Shown here in pieces: positions 38,048 through 50,000 of a stretch of 64,000 nt of DNA; position 1 is the stretch's first letter; the number at the start of each line of letters is the position of its first letter. This stretch comes from Botryllus schlosseri (lineage: Eukaryota): assembly GCA_051294905.1 (NCBI GenBank), contig CM119382.1, positions 11,842,001-11,906,000 of the forward strand, in the 5' to 3' direction. The position numbers and the translations under genes were made by a program. The notes under the pieces were generated by a model. The model searched no databases. It saw only the letters and a program-made list of their open reading frames with translations, and was not told the origin of the DNA.

Positions 38048-38718
38048 AAAGAATGATGGCGGATGTGAATCTACTGCTGCGAGGACGTTGTGCTTATCCA
38101 ACTATCAAAACATCACTAGCTATCTCAAAACAGTCCGACCCTTATTAGATCGTGTCGACGAGACAGGGGTTCGGAATGGCAAGTTGGACAACATTGGACG
38201 GGCCATTTCAGCAAACGACACAATCATCTCAGTAAAAATAGGCGACGTATTGTTTTCGCCGACGATTATAATCAGTTAATCACATTTTACCTGCACTGAA
38301 AGCGCTTAAACTAGGTTCCGATATATCCACTAGTGTAAATACAGGCCCACGATATATTATCCGACGTAGACTTTATATCCAGCCGTATTTGTTATTGAAA
38401 TATATGGATCGAAAGGCAAGTTCATGCAGAAATCTTACACTGATATCATTATTTCGTCTTCATTATAGTCGGTTCTATGATTTCATCCGATCCAAACACA
38501 CAATGTACAATGCGATGTAGCATGTATTGAACAGAAAGGATGTTGATATAGTGGTAATGCGAGTTACCACGAGCGGTGAGTGCCCGTTGAGAAACACGGA
38601 TGCTGTCCTACACATTTCTTGACATCATGGAACACCAGGGTAGCTAGATATATATTTCTAAAATTGCACCTATTTCTGCGGTATCGCTAGTTTTATTACG
38701 TTGAGTCGAGAAGATGTA

Positions 38719-39688
38719 GGGGAGATGTGGTACCGATGGATCAAAAATTGCAAAATGATCCCTGGCCCTCAAATCTTCAGCCGAGAATAGCAGATCTTTT
38801 GCTGTCTCAACAGTTCGATACAAGCTCTACCTATCGCAGACATTTACATGAATATCCGCCTTTTCAAAAAATATTTATAAACGTTTAAAATTTGTTGCTC
38901 GAACGTGTCATCGGTACCCACCCGGTGGGTCCAAAGGCACACGACCATGGGACCTATGAGACATACGCTCAAAAACTCAAATTTGTTCACTTGTTTTGTT
39001 GCGTACTATAAGTCTATAAGCTAAGCTACAGCAAGTCAATGAAGAATGTTTCGTCGCGCCCTTCAAAAATAAATTAGATTATATCAACTCAAATGTTGGC
39101 ATAAAATCTTGTTTTGATTTACGCTAAAATTTACAAAATTAATGCCACATACATATTACCCGCAAATCGAGATTTTGACTTTCAAATACCTCGTAATAGC
39201 GATAAAACACCTCAGGTAACTATGATTTACAGCCTATATATATGTAGGCGAGTTTCTGTTGTTAAGTGATTAGTTGTTACATCTATTTTGCTTGATTTGG
39301 CCATGGTACCATAGGTCCCCCACCCCATAAATATTGTAATCGACTTAAATATAGTCCACTCGAGGATGGTATTGATTAAAAAAATATGTGCCATTATATA
39401 GCCTGATACAAGCCCTATACTTCACATCAAAAATTATGGCGGGTTTGTTAGTCTGAAAGGTGATATAGAAAAATGCAAATGTCGATCCAAATTTACTTTA
39501 CACCCCCTAAAACGTAAATTATTCGTCACAGACCCCATAACTCACGCAGGTCAAATTTTTTTGCATGTGAGGAAAGATTCTGCCAGCATGCAATTGTAGA
39601 CAAATTCACGGAGTGTAATCATGGAATTATCATGGAGAATTCTTCAAGTATTTTCGGTCCCAGTGATCCATCGGTACCACATCTCCCC
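38719..39688. mobile_element. 970-bp non-autonomous TIR element with TA target duplication (Tc1/mariner-superfamily-like)
   Basis: Perfect 25-bp TIR GGGGAGATGTGGTACCGATGGATCA flanked by TA on both sides; no transposase ORF. Confidence 0.85.
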
Positions 39689-40006
39689 TACCCTGTGAGA
39701 TTTCGAAAGTCGACTCCTCCGATTAACTGGTAACAGCATGTGACTCGACCGAATCCACCTTTTGAGACTAACGTTTTTTCTGCGTCTAATTCAGTACCAA
39801 CGCCGATTATGGCCGATTCGGAGCAACCAGCCATGTGCTTTTTGTCATACACCTCATTTCGAACCCAACACCAAGCATACATGACAAAAATTCCAGTAGT
39901 CTCCGTCATAATTCGACCCGGGTCAATTCGACGTTGTCGTACGAGCCGCTCTGTCTACGGACACAATCTCGACAAAAACACAAAATCCTGGCTCCAAGAA
40001 AAAGAT

Positions 40007-40012
40007 TTTATT
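40007..40012 (-). terminator. Candidate polyadenylation signal of MAST
   Basis: AATAAA on the minus strand about 860 nt after the stop. Confidence 0.35.
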
Positions 40013-40871
40013 TCCATAATCCATTCAGCTCGCGAATTTCGAGCATAAATAATAATCCAGAAGAGAGTAGTAGCACTTGTCACCTTGTGGTACAGAACAG
40101 GTCAACAACGAGCCGAAGGCGAAGCCTTTTCCGGCCGGCGCGCGGGTTTCAAGTGTATCGACAGTAAGGCTGCGCTCAAAACTGCGACAAAAAGAGAGGA
40201 CAGATTCGATAGAAGGGAAAAGGCTGAAAAAACAAACGAGAGACAGAACAAGGAGAGAAAATGTCAGGTGTCTCGGAAGGAAAATAATACAAATATACCG
40301 ATATGAAAATAAAATTTAACATTTAAAGCGCGCGTAGACGCTCTTATCTCGTGTTGCGAATGTATCAGCACCTGCGCACGCGCTGCGTGGCGAAAATTAA
40401 CATATTTCGATGCCCCCCACATGAAGTCTTTCATGTTCTATCTCATAAAGAACTGGCATCTGCAGAAACTTTCTTATCCACTGTCGAACCACCAATTTAC
40501 GCGTGTAGACAGTCGACATTAGCGGATAGCTAGAAGTGCACTGTAAAGTCTTAATCAGTCTTGGCGGTTAATTGGCTGCCGTCAATAACCCGCTATTACG
40601 TGAGCGTGGCGCGCTCGTACTACGAGTAGCATTCACAGTGCCGAGAAAAACAAATAAACGAATGCGAGATACAAGAAATAAACGCGAGTAATCATAATGA
40701 GTAATCATAATTCGGAAGTAGCGCGTTCCGAAAACAAGAAGCGAAACGAGCGCGGAATCTCGTAAGGCAAACCGAGAGAACGCGAGATTGGTTTTCGCGA
40801 CTGTGACATCACATACGAAGCTCTCATCGCGGGCGTAGCGACGCGTATTCGCGAGCGTAAGGACGCGTCGC

Positions 40872-41057
40872 TCACGACTTCTTGTCCTGTTTCGAGTTGG
40901 CTTCGTTTTTCGATTGCACTTTCGGTGAGTTGGCGGCTGCGCCGGCCTTCGCGCCCTCCTTCGGGGTGGAGGGGGCTGACGGAACATTCTCTTCTGTCGT
41001 GTTTGCTTTGGAACTCTTGGCACGCTTTTCTGGCTTTGACTTTTGTTTTGAAGAAAC
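40872..41057 (-). CDS. MAST: MAST terminal exon (VSSKQK...DKKS*)
   Basis: acacccag acceptor; open in phase 0 to TGA. Confidence 0.62.
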   Translation of the reverse strand, partial: VSSKQKSKPEKRAKSSKANTTEENVPSAPSTPKEGAKAGAAANSPKVQSKNEANSKQDKKS

Positions 41058-44000
41058 CTGGGTGTACGAAAAGACGCGTTGGTTTGGTAAATTAATATAA
41101 AAAATCTAGGGAGATGCATGTGGAATTTCAATTGCGTATAACAGTTAACTAAGAGCACCTTACTGAATAGTGATAAGCACGAACACAAAGCTGTAAAATT
41201 ACAGTCCTTGAGACAAACATTTCACGGACGACCAGTCAAACGAGGCGAATCGACAATAAATTACGATGGATCTCACGCGGGTATCAGGGGCAGGGACTTG
41301 AGTCAAAATTAGCAATGAACCAAAGGAAGCAACTTGAAAACTTCAAAATGACTCGACTTGACTCGAGTAAAAATTGACAATGACTCAAAGTCGGCAACGT
41401 GAATGTAAGGAAAGGACGTTATGTATTTTTGTCCTTGAATCAATTCGAAATGTCTCGACTGAACTCGAGTCAATAAACTTACATTGACTCAAGGTAGCGA
41501 ATAGAAATACCTCAAAATGATTTGACCGGACTCAAAATCAGCAATGACTTTGAGGTAGCAACTGGAAAGATTTCAAAATGACTCGTCTTAAGCCAAGATT
41601 TGCAATGACTTGAAAAACTTTTTCGAAGGTAGCAAACTGGGAAATTCTTAAATAATTTTATGCTGCGACTCAAAATCAGTGACTCGATCTCACAACTGGC
41701 TACATACAACTCCGAACTTCCGATTATCATGACCGAAAAACTCACTTTAAATCGACTCAGCAACGGAACTTTGGGCGACGCGTTTTGTTTCGCGGCGGCC
41801 GTGTCGCAAGCCGCCTTGTCCGGCACCGTCTTGGTCTCCGGGTTACTCTGATGTCTCTCCAGTTCTTTTTTTGAAACAGCCGACTCCGCATCAGCCTTAT
41901 GCGGCTCGTCTTCGCACACAGTGACGTCGGTGAGGGACAAAGGCGAGGGAGAAGGTGCCCGGGCCAGCGGCGACAACGGGATGTGGCCGACAGATTTTCG
42001 CCGGGAACTTCTCATACTGCGTAACTTGTGACTGATACCCTGAGTAAAAACGGAAAAGACTTAAATCTACGAAGGACACAGAGCTGAATCCGACGTATAA
42101 AAACCGCGACTTCCCTCAAAGTGCTGCATCTTACACGCAGAGTACTCAAATAGGTTTTGCCTAACCACACAATTCACTTAAAAGGCTTCGTTTTAGACCA
42201 CTTTTACCCACAACGGGGAAATAACCCGAGTATCGCATTAACTGAATATATTTTTATAGTGTCATTTTGTGGTAGTTGCAAAAACGCATCTCGCAAATCT
42301 GGAAGCAGCCACTGCCGATATACTGCCCTTACTATGCGTTCCTTGACCAAATCTACTCATCATATGCATGGCATGTCCTGGAAATGGCTGATACTTCTAC
42401 GTCTAATCCGGTACTAACCTTCTGACTATCACCGCGTTTGCTTCTATGCAGGGACTGAGTATTTTCAAGACTTTCCCCGATTTGTTTACTTTGCTGTGTA
42501 TCATTAAGATTGGCAATCTTTTGATTTTGAAACTTTGGCGTCTGCCGAAAGTACACTTGGTCAAAACTAAGTTCGGCACAACGTGAAAAATCAAAATTTC
42601 ATCAGTATTATAAAATAGACCAGTGAAAAATTTTGACAGAATATCGGAAAGACACCATTCAATATGGTTATGGACGAGTTAGGAAACGTAAAATCACCTG
42701 AAATGACATTGGGCGACTGGACGAAGCACCACCTGTCGGCGTTAACATTCCGTTTCCGGATAGAGGCATCTTTGTAGTTTTTGATCTGTTCTTGTTGCGC
42801 AGCGGTACCGCAGACACCGCGATGGTACTTGCAGACGCCTCAGGACTCACGGATTCGCCCGGGTTATCTCGCGGTCGATTCGTGGGCGAGAGGGGAGAGA
42901 CGCTACGCGTCGGAGAGGTCGGCCCGCTCTCGCCGGAGGACACCGATTTGTGTGACTTGGACATTCCGTGTACGCTGCGACTTGACGATAAAAGCGGCGA
43001 GTGGCCCCGGACATCTGGAATGCGTCGAAAAGGTTGGATTGAAAGTGGAATCGGGGCTTTTTGACGAGCCAGATAACCACTACTCGATAAAGTTTGATAT
43101 CGTGCTACATATAACAATTGTGAATAGCCGTATTAAAAGGAATTCAACATCTTACACCGCACTCTTTAAGCCGAAATCTATAAAATCCAAGTCGATCTCA
43201 AACAAACACAACTTTCAGACTCGGAACTGAGCACCAATATCACAAATCGAGACAGCCTCTTGTAAACAATTACTGTAAATAACCGCACGAATCAAATCAC
43301 AATACCTCGTGGCAACATTTTTCTGAGAATCGAGCTTCTTCGTCTTTTGCTATGCTGATCCTGCCCGGTCCCAACAGAAGACCCCTGGCCCGACGCGCCT
43401 TTAGACCCCGAGCCCATCGGGAGTCGCGGATGGAACTTCTTTTTCTTCCTGCGTATAAATTTCCCCTTCCCTTTAAAACTCCGCTTCCCAGCCGTAATGC
43501 TGGTGCTTTCGATTGGCATCGCTTGAATGGTCACCTGAAAATCATGAACGCGATCGGAACACATTCGAAACTGGGGTTCACAGATGCCCTGGAGTCAACG
43601 TTGACTGCAACAATAACCTATAAACTACAGTGTCCGTAACTTATAAGATTGATCCTTGTTTTGGACTTTATTCACTGTAACATACCTTATTCTTGCTCTT
43701 GTACATGAGCTCCAGCACGTCGGTGTGGACCAATCCTTGCACGAGTTCGTTGTTGATGTGTGTGATCAGATCGCCCACGCGAAGCCCAGCTTCGTAAGCC
43801 GGGCCTTTTTCGTCCACGGACTGAAAGATACACAATTTTGGTATTAGAGGATCCAAAGACAACCGCATATCTGACAGATCAAATAATAATCGCATTCTTC
43901 ACACCCAAGGTATACTTCTGCGACACGATCGCAGTCACAATAAAACTTGCAATATACACTACTTTAAATTCTAAAACAGAATATTTCAATATAAAAACTA

Positions 44001-47000
44001 GAAACACAAATTCAAAGTAACGAACTTAGGACTCAAATTTAACCCACAGACCAGCGCAAATCTTACAATAAAATAAAAACACTCACCGTAACGATATGAT
44101 GCAACGTGAAAGTGCCGGCTTTTTTCTCGAAAAACACCGGTATGGCTTGCATCTTAAACCCGAAACCCGTGGCAGTCCGGCTGATCACGACCGGAGCCTT
44201 TGGCGAGCCTGGCACGGGTGAGAACGACCGTCCCGGCGACGAATCCCGAGAGCTCGACGCCGACTGGCCCCGGGTAGACCTCGGATAACGAAACGATTGT
44301 CCCGATGAACGGGGGCTGGCGAGCGGAGATGGGGGTAGGCTGTTTTCGTCTGGGCCCGGTATAATCAGCTGTAACGGAAAGGGATTGCGGTTACATGTTG
44401 ATTTTAACATTGAACCAGTGGTTTTCAATCAATCTATCGAATAATATGTCCATATTGAAATAAACCCAAATATTTTCGGATGACACTTGACAGGGGTGTC
44501 TGATTTCGAAGACTATTCCAAGTCGTTTCAACACCTTTCAATCTTTCATTGTATCGCGGTCTTTTGGTGTATTGAAATTATGTAATTTTCAGCAATAAAT
44601 TGAATTGAATTGAATAAGAACATTTTTTATAAACAACTGTATGACTAGATATGACGTCACCAGCATAAAAATTTGAAATCGAAGCGAACAGAAGTTTGAG
44701 ATCATACAAGAACTTCTACTGGCACAAACTAGGTACGTGTACCTAGATGAAAACATTTGGGTTTATTGCAATACGAATATACTATTCTATTTTATATGAA
44801 AGTTCTGTACCTCTAGGGGTTTGGAACATTTTCAAATAGGAAACTGGGCCGTGACCAGAAGAGAAGTGGGAACCCACACTTTAAACCCTCCTTAGATCAA
44901 ATACCACACCTGTAAGGATGAATGACTCGAAGACTTGATCATCCTCTTTAGAGAACTTGACCTTTTCATTTCCCCGCTCAAGTGGCGATGTTTCCCCGCA
45001 ACCGCGACTGCCCGGCTCACCAGCTCGCCCTGCGCTGCATTCGGACTGGGACTGAACACCATTTCGGGGCTGCTAACCACACTCGCACCACTAGTGACGC
45101 TTCCGATCTTATGCCCGTCACTGACGCTTCCGATCTTATGCCCGTCACTGACGCCTCTTTCCGCCACCATTTTAGCCCCCACACCTGACGGGGCGTTCAT
45201 AACGCCGTGGGGTACGGACCGGGGGGCGGACGCTGGCGACGGAGATTGACGAGGCACATGTTTGCGATGGTGCGCGGACGGGTGAAAACGCGATGCCCCG
45301 CCGCTCGACCCGGGTGATTGCGTGGGTAAGGCGAGAGGGGACGGAGTGTTTGCAGAGTGCCAGGTACGCTCGTCTATGGAACTTGACACCGACCTGGACA
45401 AAACTTGCTTGGGACTAGTCCCGGCAGAAAGCAGGCTTTGAGACAACCCTGGTTTTGTGAGAGTCTTTCCAGATTTACCAGGAGTGCATTCACCCCCCAC
45501 GACAAGTGGGCTGTCGGCTGACATACTTCTTGATTTTTTAATACTGCTCAGTGACCCCATTTCAGGGGATTTAGGTCCACGAGGCCCGCTCTGGCTAGAG
45601 TGTGGCGAAGTGGAAACAGTCATGTCGGACAGACTCGGACTTAATCTCCGGTGACTCGGGTCGGTCGGATCTTTTCCATCGTGCGATACAGTCAATGCGG
45701 ACTCCCCGTCAGACGCTCGTACTGCTGAGTCTTTCCTCGAGCACGAGCTTCCAATTGAGCTTTCGGAACTCAAACGGCGATGGTGGGCTAGAATGTTAAC
45801 GACGGGCGATGCCTCGCTGCCTGTGCTCGAAATACTCGGAGTACGTCTGCCCGGCTTTTTATCGTCTACAATAACGTCGTTCTCGAGTTCGTCCTTATGC
45901 TCGTCAAAGTCCGCTTCCTCCTCAATGGTGCCGGACCTGGCGCTGTCCGGTTTCGAGTCGTTTTCCGAGTCGCGGTCGATTTCAGACTCGCCGGAAATGA
46001 AAAAACGCGGGACCTCCCCGATGCGAGAGTTGGGGGTGGATGTCCCGGACATGGGTGGCGAGCTCGAGTCTTGGACCGACGATCGAGCGGTCAGTGGGGG
46101 TGAAGCGTCGCTGTCGTTGGAGGACTCTTGGGATATCCTTCGAAACCTGCCCGACATACGAGAGTGTTACAAGATTGGATGATCGGACACATCCTTAGGA
46201 GTGGGCGTTCCAACCTGGACCCCAAATGGGTCACGAAGTTCAACAGAAATCATATTCAAACTAACAGGGCTAGGAAGGTTGCCAGTGAATTTGGCATGTT
46301 GAATTCGACATTTGGTGAAATTAGCACTAAAAATACAAGTGATGCAGCAATATGGAACATTACATTCGAAAATGAATGTTTCACTGAATATCAGCGCGAA
46401 TTGTGATATACGGTACTTTATGAATTCGACACTGGTATGCATGTATTAACGTGTTCGGGTTACTTCAAGGTTAGAGATAAGCTGCCGACAAGCACATCAC
46501 TCACCGATCACTGGTAACCGTTAGGAATACCATCCAGCGAGACAGACGATTTATTGAAAACATTGTTCCGTAACACTCACACGTTGGATGCGGCTTGCGG
46601 CCGGACTCTGTCTTCCGAGCTCAGCTTTCTCGGCGTCTGAATCGTCTGAGAATATCTCTTGGTGCTGGTGTCGAAGTTTGAGAACTCGATCATTTCTTCG
46701 TCGACAGTCTCGTCGTCGGAAGCTCCCTCGTGACTGTAACGGTCGAGCCGGTCTGGAATGCAAAATAAACGGGTTAGTTTACGAAGGGCTGATGGAGAAC
46801 TAAATTTCTCTCTCTCACTCACTATATATATTTAGTATACAGAGCCCACCCTATCCCTGGAATACCGTTTCATAAGGATCTGTATATTTGAATTGATTTC
46901 ACCAATCGGCGGTCCTCAAACAACTACACCCACAACACAGGGTTGACACAGATTAAAAAGCGGTACTCACTGTCAAAATACGACGTATCCTCATCATCCT

Positions 47001-50000
47001 CAAGTGCCGGGATAAACTGCGCCTTCTGCCGCAGCAGCGAGGTCCAGTCCAGATTCGCAAAGAAAGGATGACCCTTGACCTCGTCGGCGCCGTGCGTGCC
47101 AAGACGCCGCTCGGGATCCCGTTCCAAGAGAAGCCCGATCAAATCCACCACCTCGTTTGGCAACGCCTCGTCTCCGTCCGGCCACACGATGTCATCTGAG
47201 TAGAAAGATACATTCAGAACATTGACCTTAAGCCATTTGATTATCTCGATTATTGAATTCTCATGCCGGTGACGTCATACTTGGCGATACGATTGTTGAT
47301 ATACATTTATACAATGTTCTTTCCAATTCTCTACTAGTTGACGACTCTTGACAAGTGAGGTCAGTCGGAAATAATAGAGTTCATTCCAATATGAATATAC
47401 TATTCAAAGATACGGTTGAACAATTCTGTTTAGCCAAAATCCAGCGATGATCACGAATTTAGATGTTGGAAAATCAATTTATAATAGATTTATGATAGTC
47501 ATGAGACTTTTGAATACAATTTCAGTCATTACTGGATATGAACTTGGATGTGAGCACGGTGCAATATAAATGGCAGAGGTGGAATTGGAATTTACTACCT
47601 CTAATTGAGAAGCAAAGCTGACTACATTGACCACCTCTTATAAGTTGAGAATTTAGATTTAAAAATATCAAATTCACTCATCTCTGCCAAAATCCCTCCA
47701 AAACTCACCGTTAATAGCTTGCGTGAACAGCTCGTCCGGGGTTTCCCCGAAAAACGGGGCGCACCCGACCACAAACTCGTACAGGCATATCCCGGCAGAC
47801 CACCAGTCCACGGGCGGGCCGTAGCTGTGACGCAGTATCACTTCGGGCGCGATGTACTCTGGAGTGCCGTGGATCTGACGGTCTTTGAACTGCTTGGTGG
47901 TCTCGACGTGGTTCTCGTACATGTTGGTCGTCAGGGACATGAGGCCCACTTTGGACAGGCCGAAATCGGTCAGCTTGATGTGGCCCATCGAGGTGATGAG
48001 TAGGCTGAAAGGTGGAAAATATTTGATCCAATTTGTTTTTTTGGGGGGTATTTTTGCGTGTGCGAAGTGTTTGGACCAAAATTAGTTGTGTGATCCCAGA
48101 ATTATGAAAAAAGTACCCTTCGTCCTCTTACGAGTGAAATCATCAACATTGTCAACGACATAGAGAACTATCGCATGTTTCGGGGCAACTGAATCCATTT
48201 TAAATCAATTTTTCAGTAGTAGCGAACGCGCGCCTCCGCAATTCCGAAAGAATCAAACTCCAAAGCGAGGTAATCGCCAGGTTTGCAACGCTTTCTGCTA
48301 CGACACAGTTCATAGATTGCAAAGTCAAACACGAATTACCAAATCGAAAGCATGCAGCAGAGACTGGAAGGCTCTTAAAAGCTATTTGTAAACTTCGAAA
48401 CGCCTCAGGCCATCTAATTATGGCTAGACACTCTAATCAGATCACAAGCCTATTATTATTAAGCCCTCGGCTTGATGACCATTTCGTAGCAACGGCTGGC
48501 AATTGAGCTATGTACGTAAGATCGAAGTAAGTGTATTAACATTCCATCTCCGTCTACACCAGACTGTGCTAAGAGATCTACTTTACACAGCCGCAAGTCA
48601 CGATTTGAATATGGGTTTTGATTATAAAGCGGCTCACCGTGTGATATAAAGCATTCCGTGATACAAAATCACTAACAATAATCGACTCGCCTTGTGATAT
48701 TGTACGGCAAACATAGGCCCTACTTTCTGGTATATCACGAAAGCGGCTGTCGTCTAAATACTACTTTTATCATAAATGCCGACTATTATCGAGCGTTTGC
48801 GAACGGAACCGCAAATTTTTGTATTGCAACATGGAATTTCTGAGCAAAAAATAGATTCGATCGACTGCGAACACGTTTCTGAGATTTTTCCCGAAAGCAT
48901 TGAGAAAATCAGATTTATGCTCTCTCACTGCAAGTCCATTCGTAAAATGCACCAACGCGTCGATAAGATGAAAATGATGATTGCACCAGAAAACTTCTAC
49001 ACATGTTACCGGTAATATCATATGATATTACCCATTGCAAATGTATTTCAGTCGAATTCAATTTAGAGACAATTAACTACGCTTATCAAAATGTACATTG
49101 ATTGCATTGCGGAGCCATACGGATGAATTTATATCCTAACAAAATTGATTATATAGAAATTCAATCAACGGCTTACGATTTATGGGAATTTGAAAAAAAT
49201 TAAATTCTGTACTCGGTCGACAGTGAAAATTAGTGAAATAATTTTACTATAAATTAGTCGTCGCCTATGGCTATGTTTATGTCTATTTTTGTATAATAAT
49301 AACCTAGGGCTAAGGGGTTATGCAAGGGATTAAAATTAACACTAGAATGAAATCAGTAGGGCGCTTTAATAGTTATTACACAAACAAAATATGTAAACGG
49401 GTTCTTACTTGTCAGGTTTAAGGTCCCGATGCACGACCCCGAAATTATGCAAATACTCCAACGCCATCACGGTCTCGGCAAAGTACATTTGCGCCAGCTC
49501 GATAGGCAAGGGCCCGATGTTTTTGATCAAATTCGACACGTCGCCTCCTTCGACGAATTCCATTACCATGCAGAGATGGCGTTTCGTTTGGAAGGAGCAG
49601 TACATTGTCACCACAAATGGATTTTCCGCGAAAGTCAAAATGTCCCGTTCCGCGAAAACCTGCGTGAGGAAAGTGTACATGCTTAGAAACCAAAATCGAT
49701 GTTGATCGAGGGGTGTTCACGAAATTAGGCATTATAACAGCAAGAATCATTCCTTCCTACCACTATTCAAATTGGTTAACTTGGAGTTAATGGCTCTCAA
49801 CCCTATTCTGTAGCGGCAATAGGCATATACGAACAGCATCATGGACAATGGAGATACAGTTGAAAAAGTCCAAAATATGCCAAGCGAGAGCTAAAACAAG
49901 TCACCAAAACGCTACTAAGCAACCAGCTTCCTTTCAGGTAGTTGAATAAATCTTACGGGCACAAGAGGGCTGCGATTGGCACAGAGCAGAAAACCAGCGC

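Noticed and set aside
18951-44368. Idea that the three genes form a functional module (SLC1 tail binding MAST PDZ, synaptopodin scaffold)
   Set aside because: The MAST PDZ has the class I His (HTDV) while the SLC1 tail V-T-F is class II-like; eukaryotic adjacency alone is not evidence.
47860-47890. MAST activation segment reads QIHGTPE rather than vertebrate QVCGTPE
   Set aside because: This position varies among invertebrate MAST kinases as I recall; all catalytic motifs are intact.
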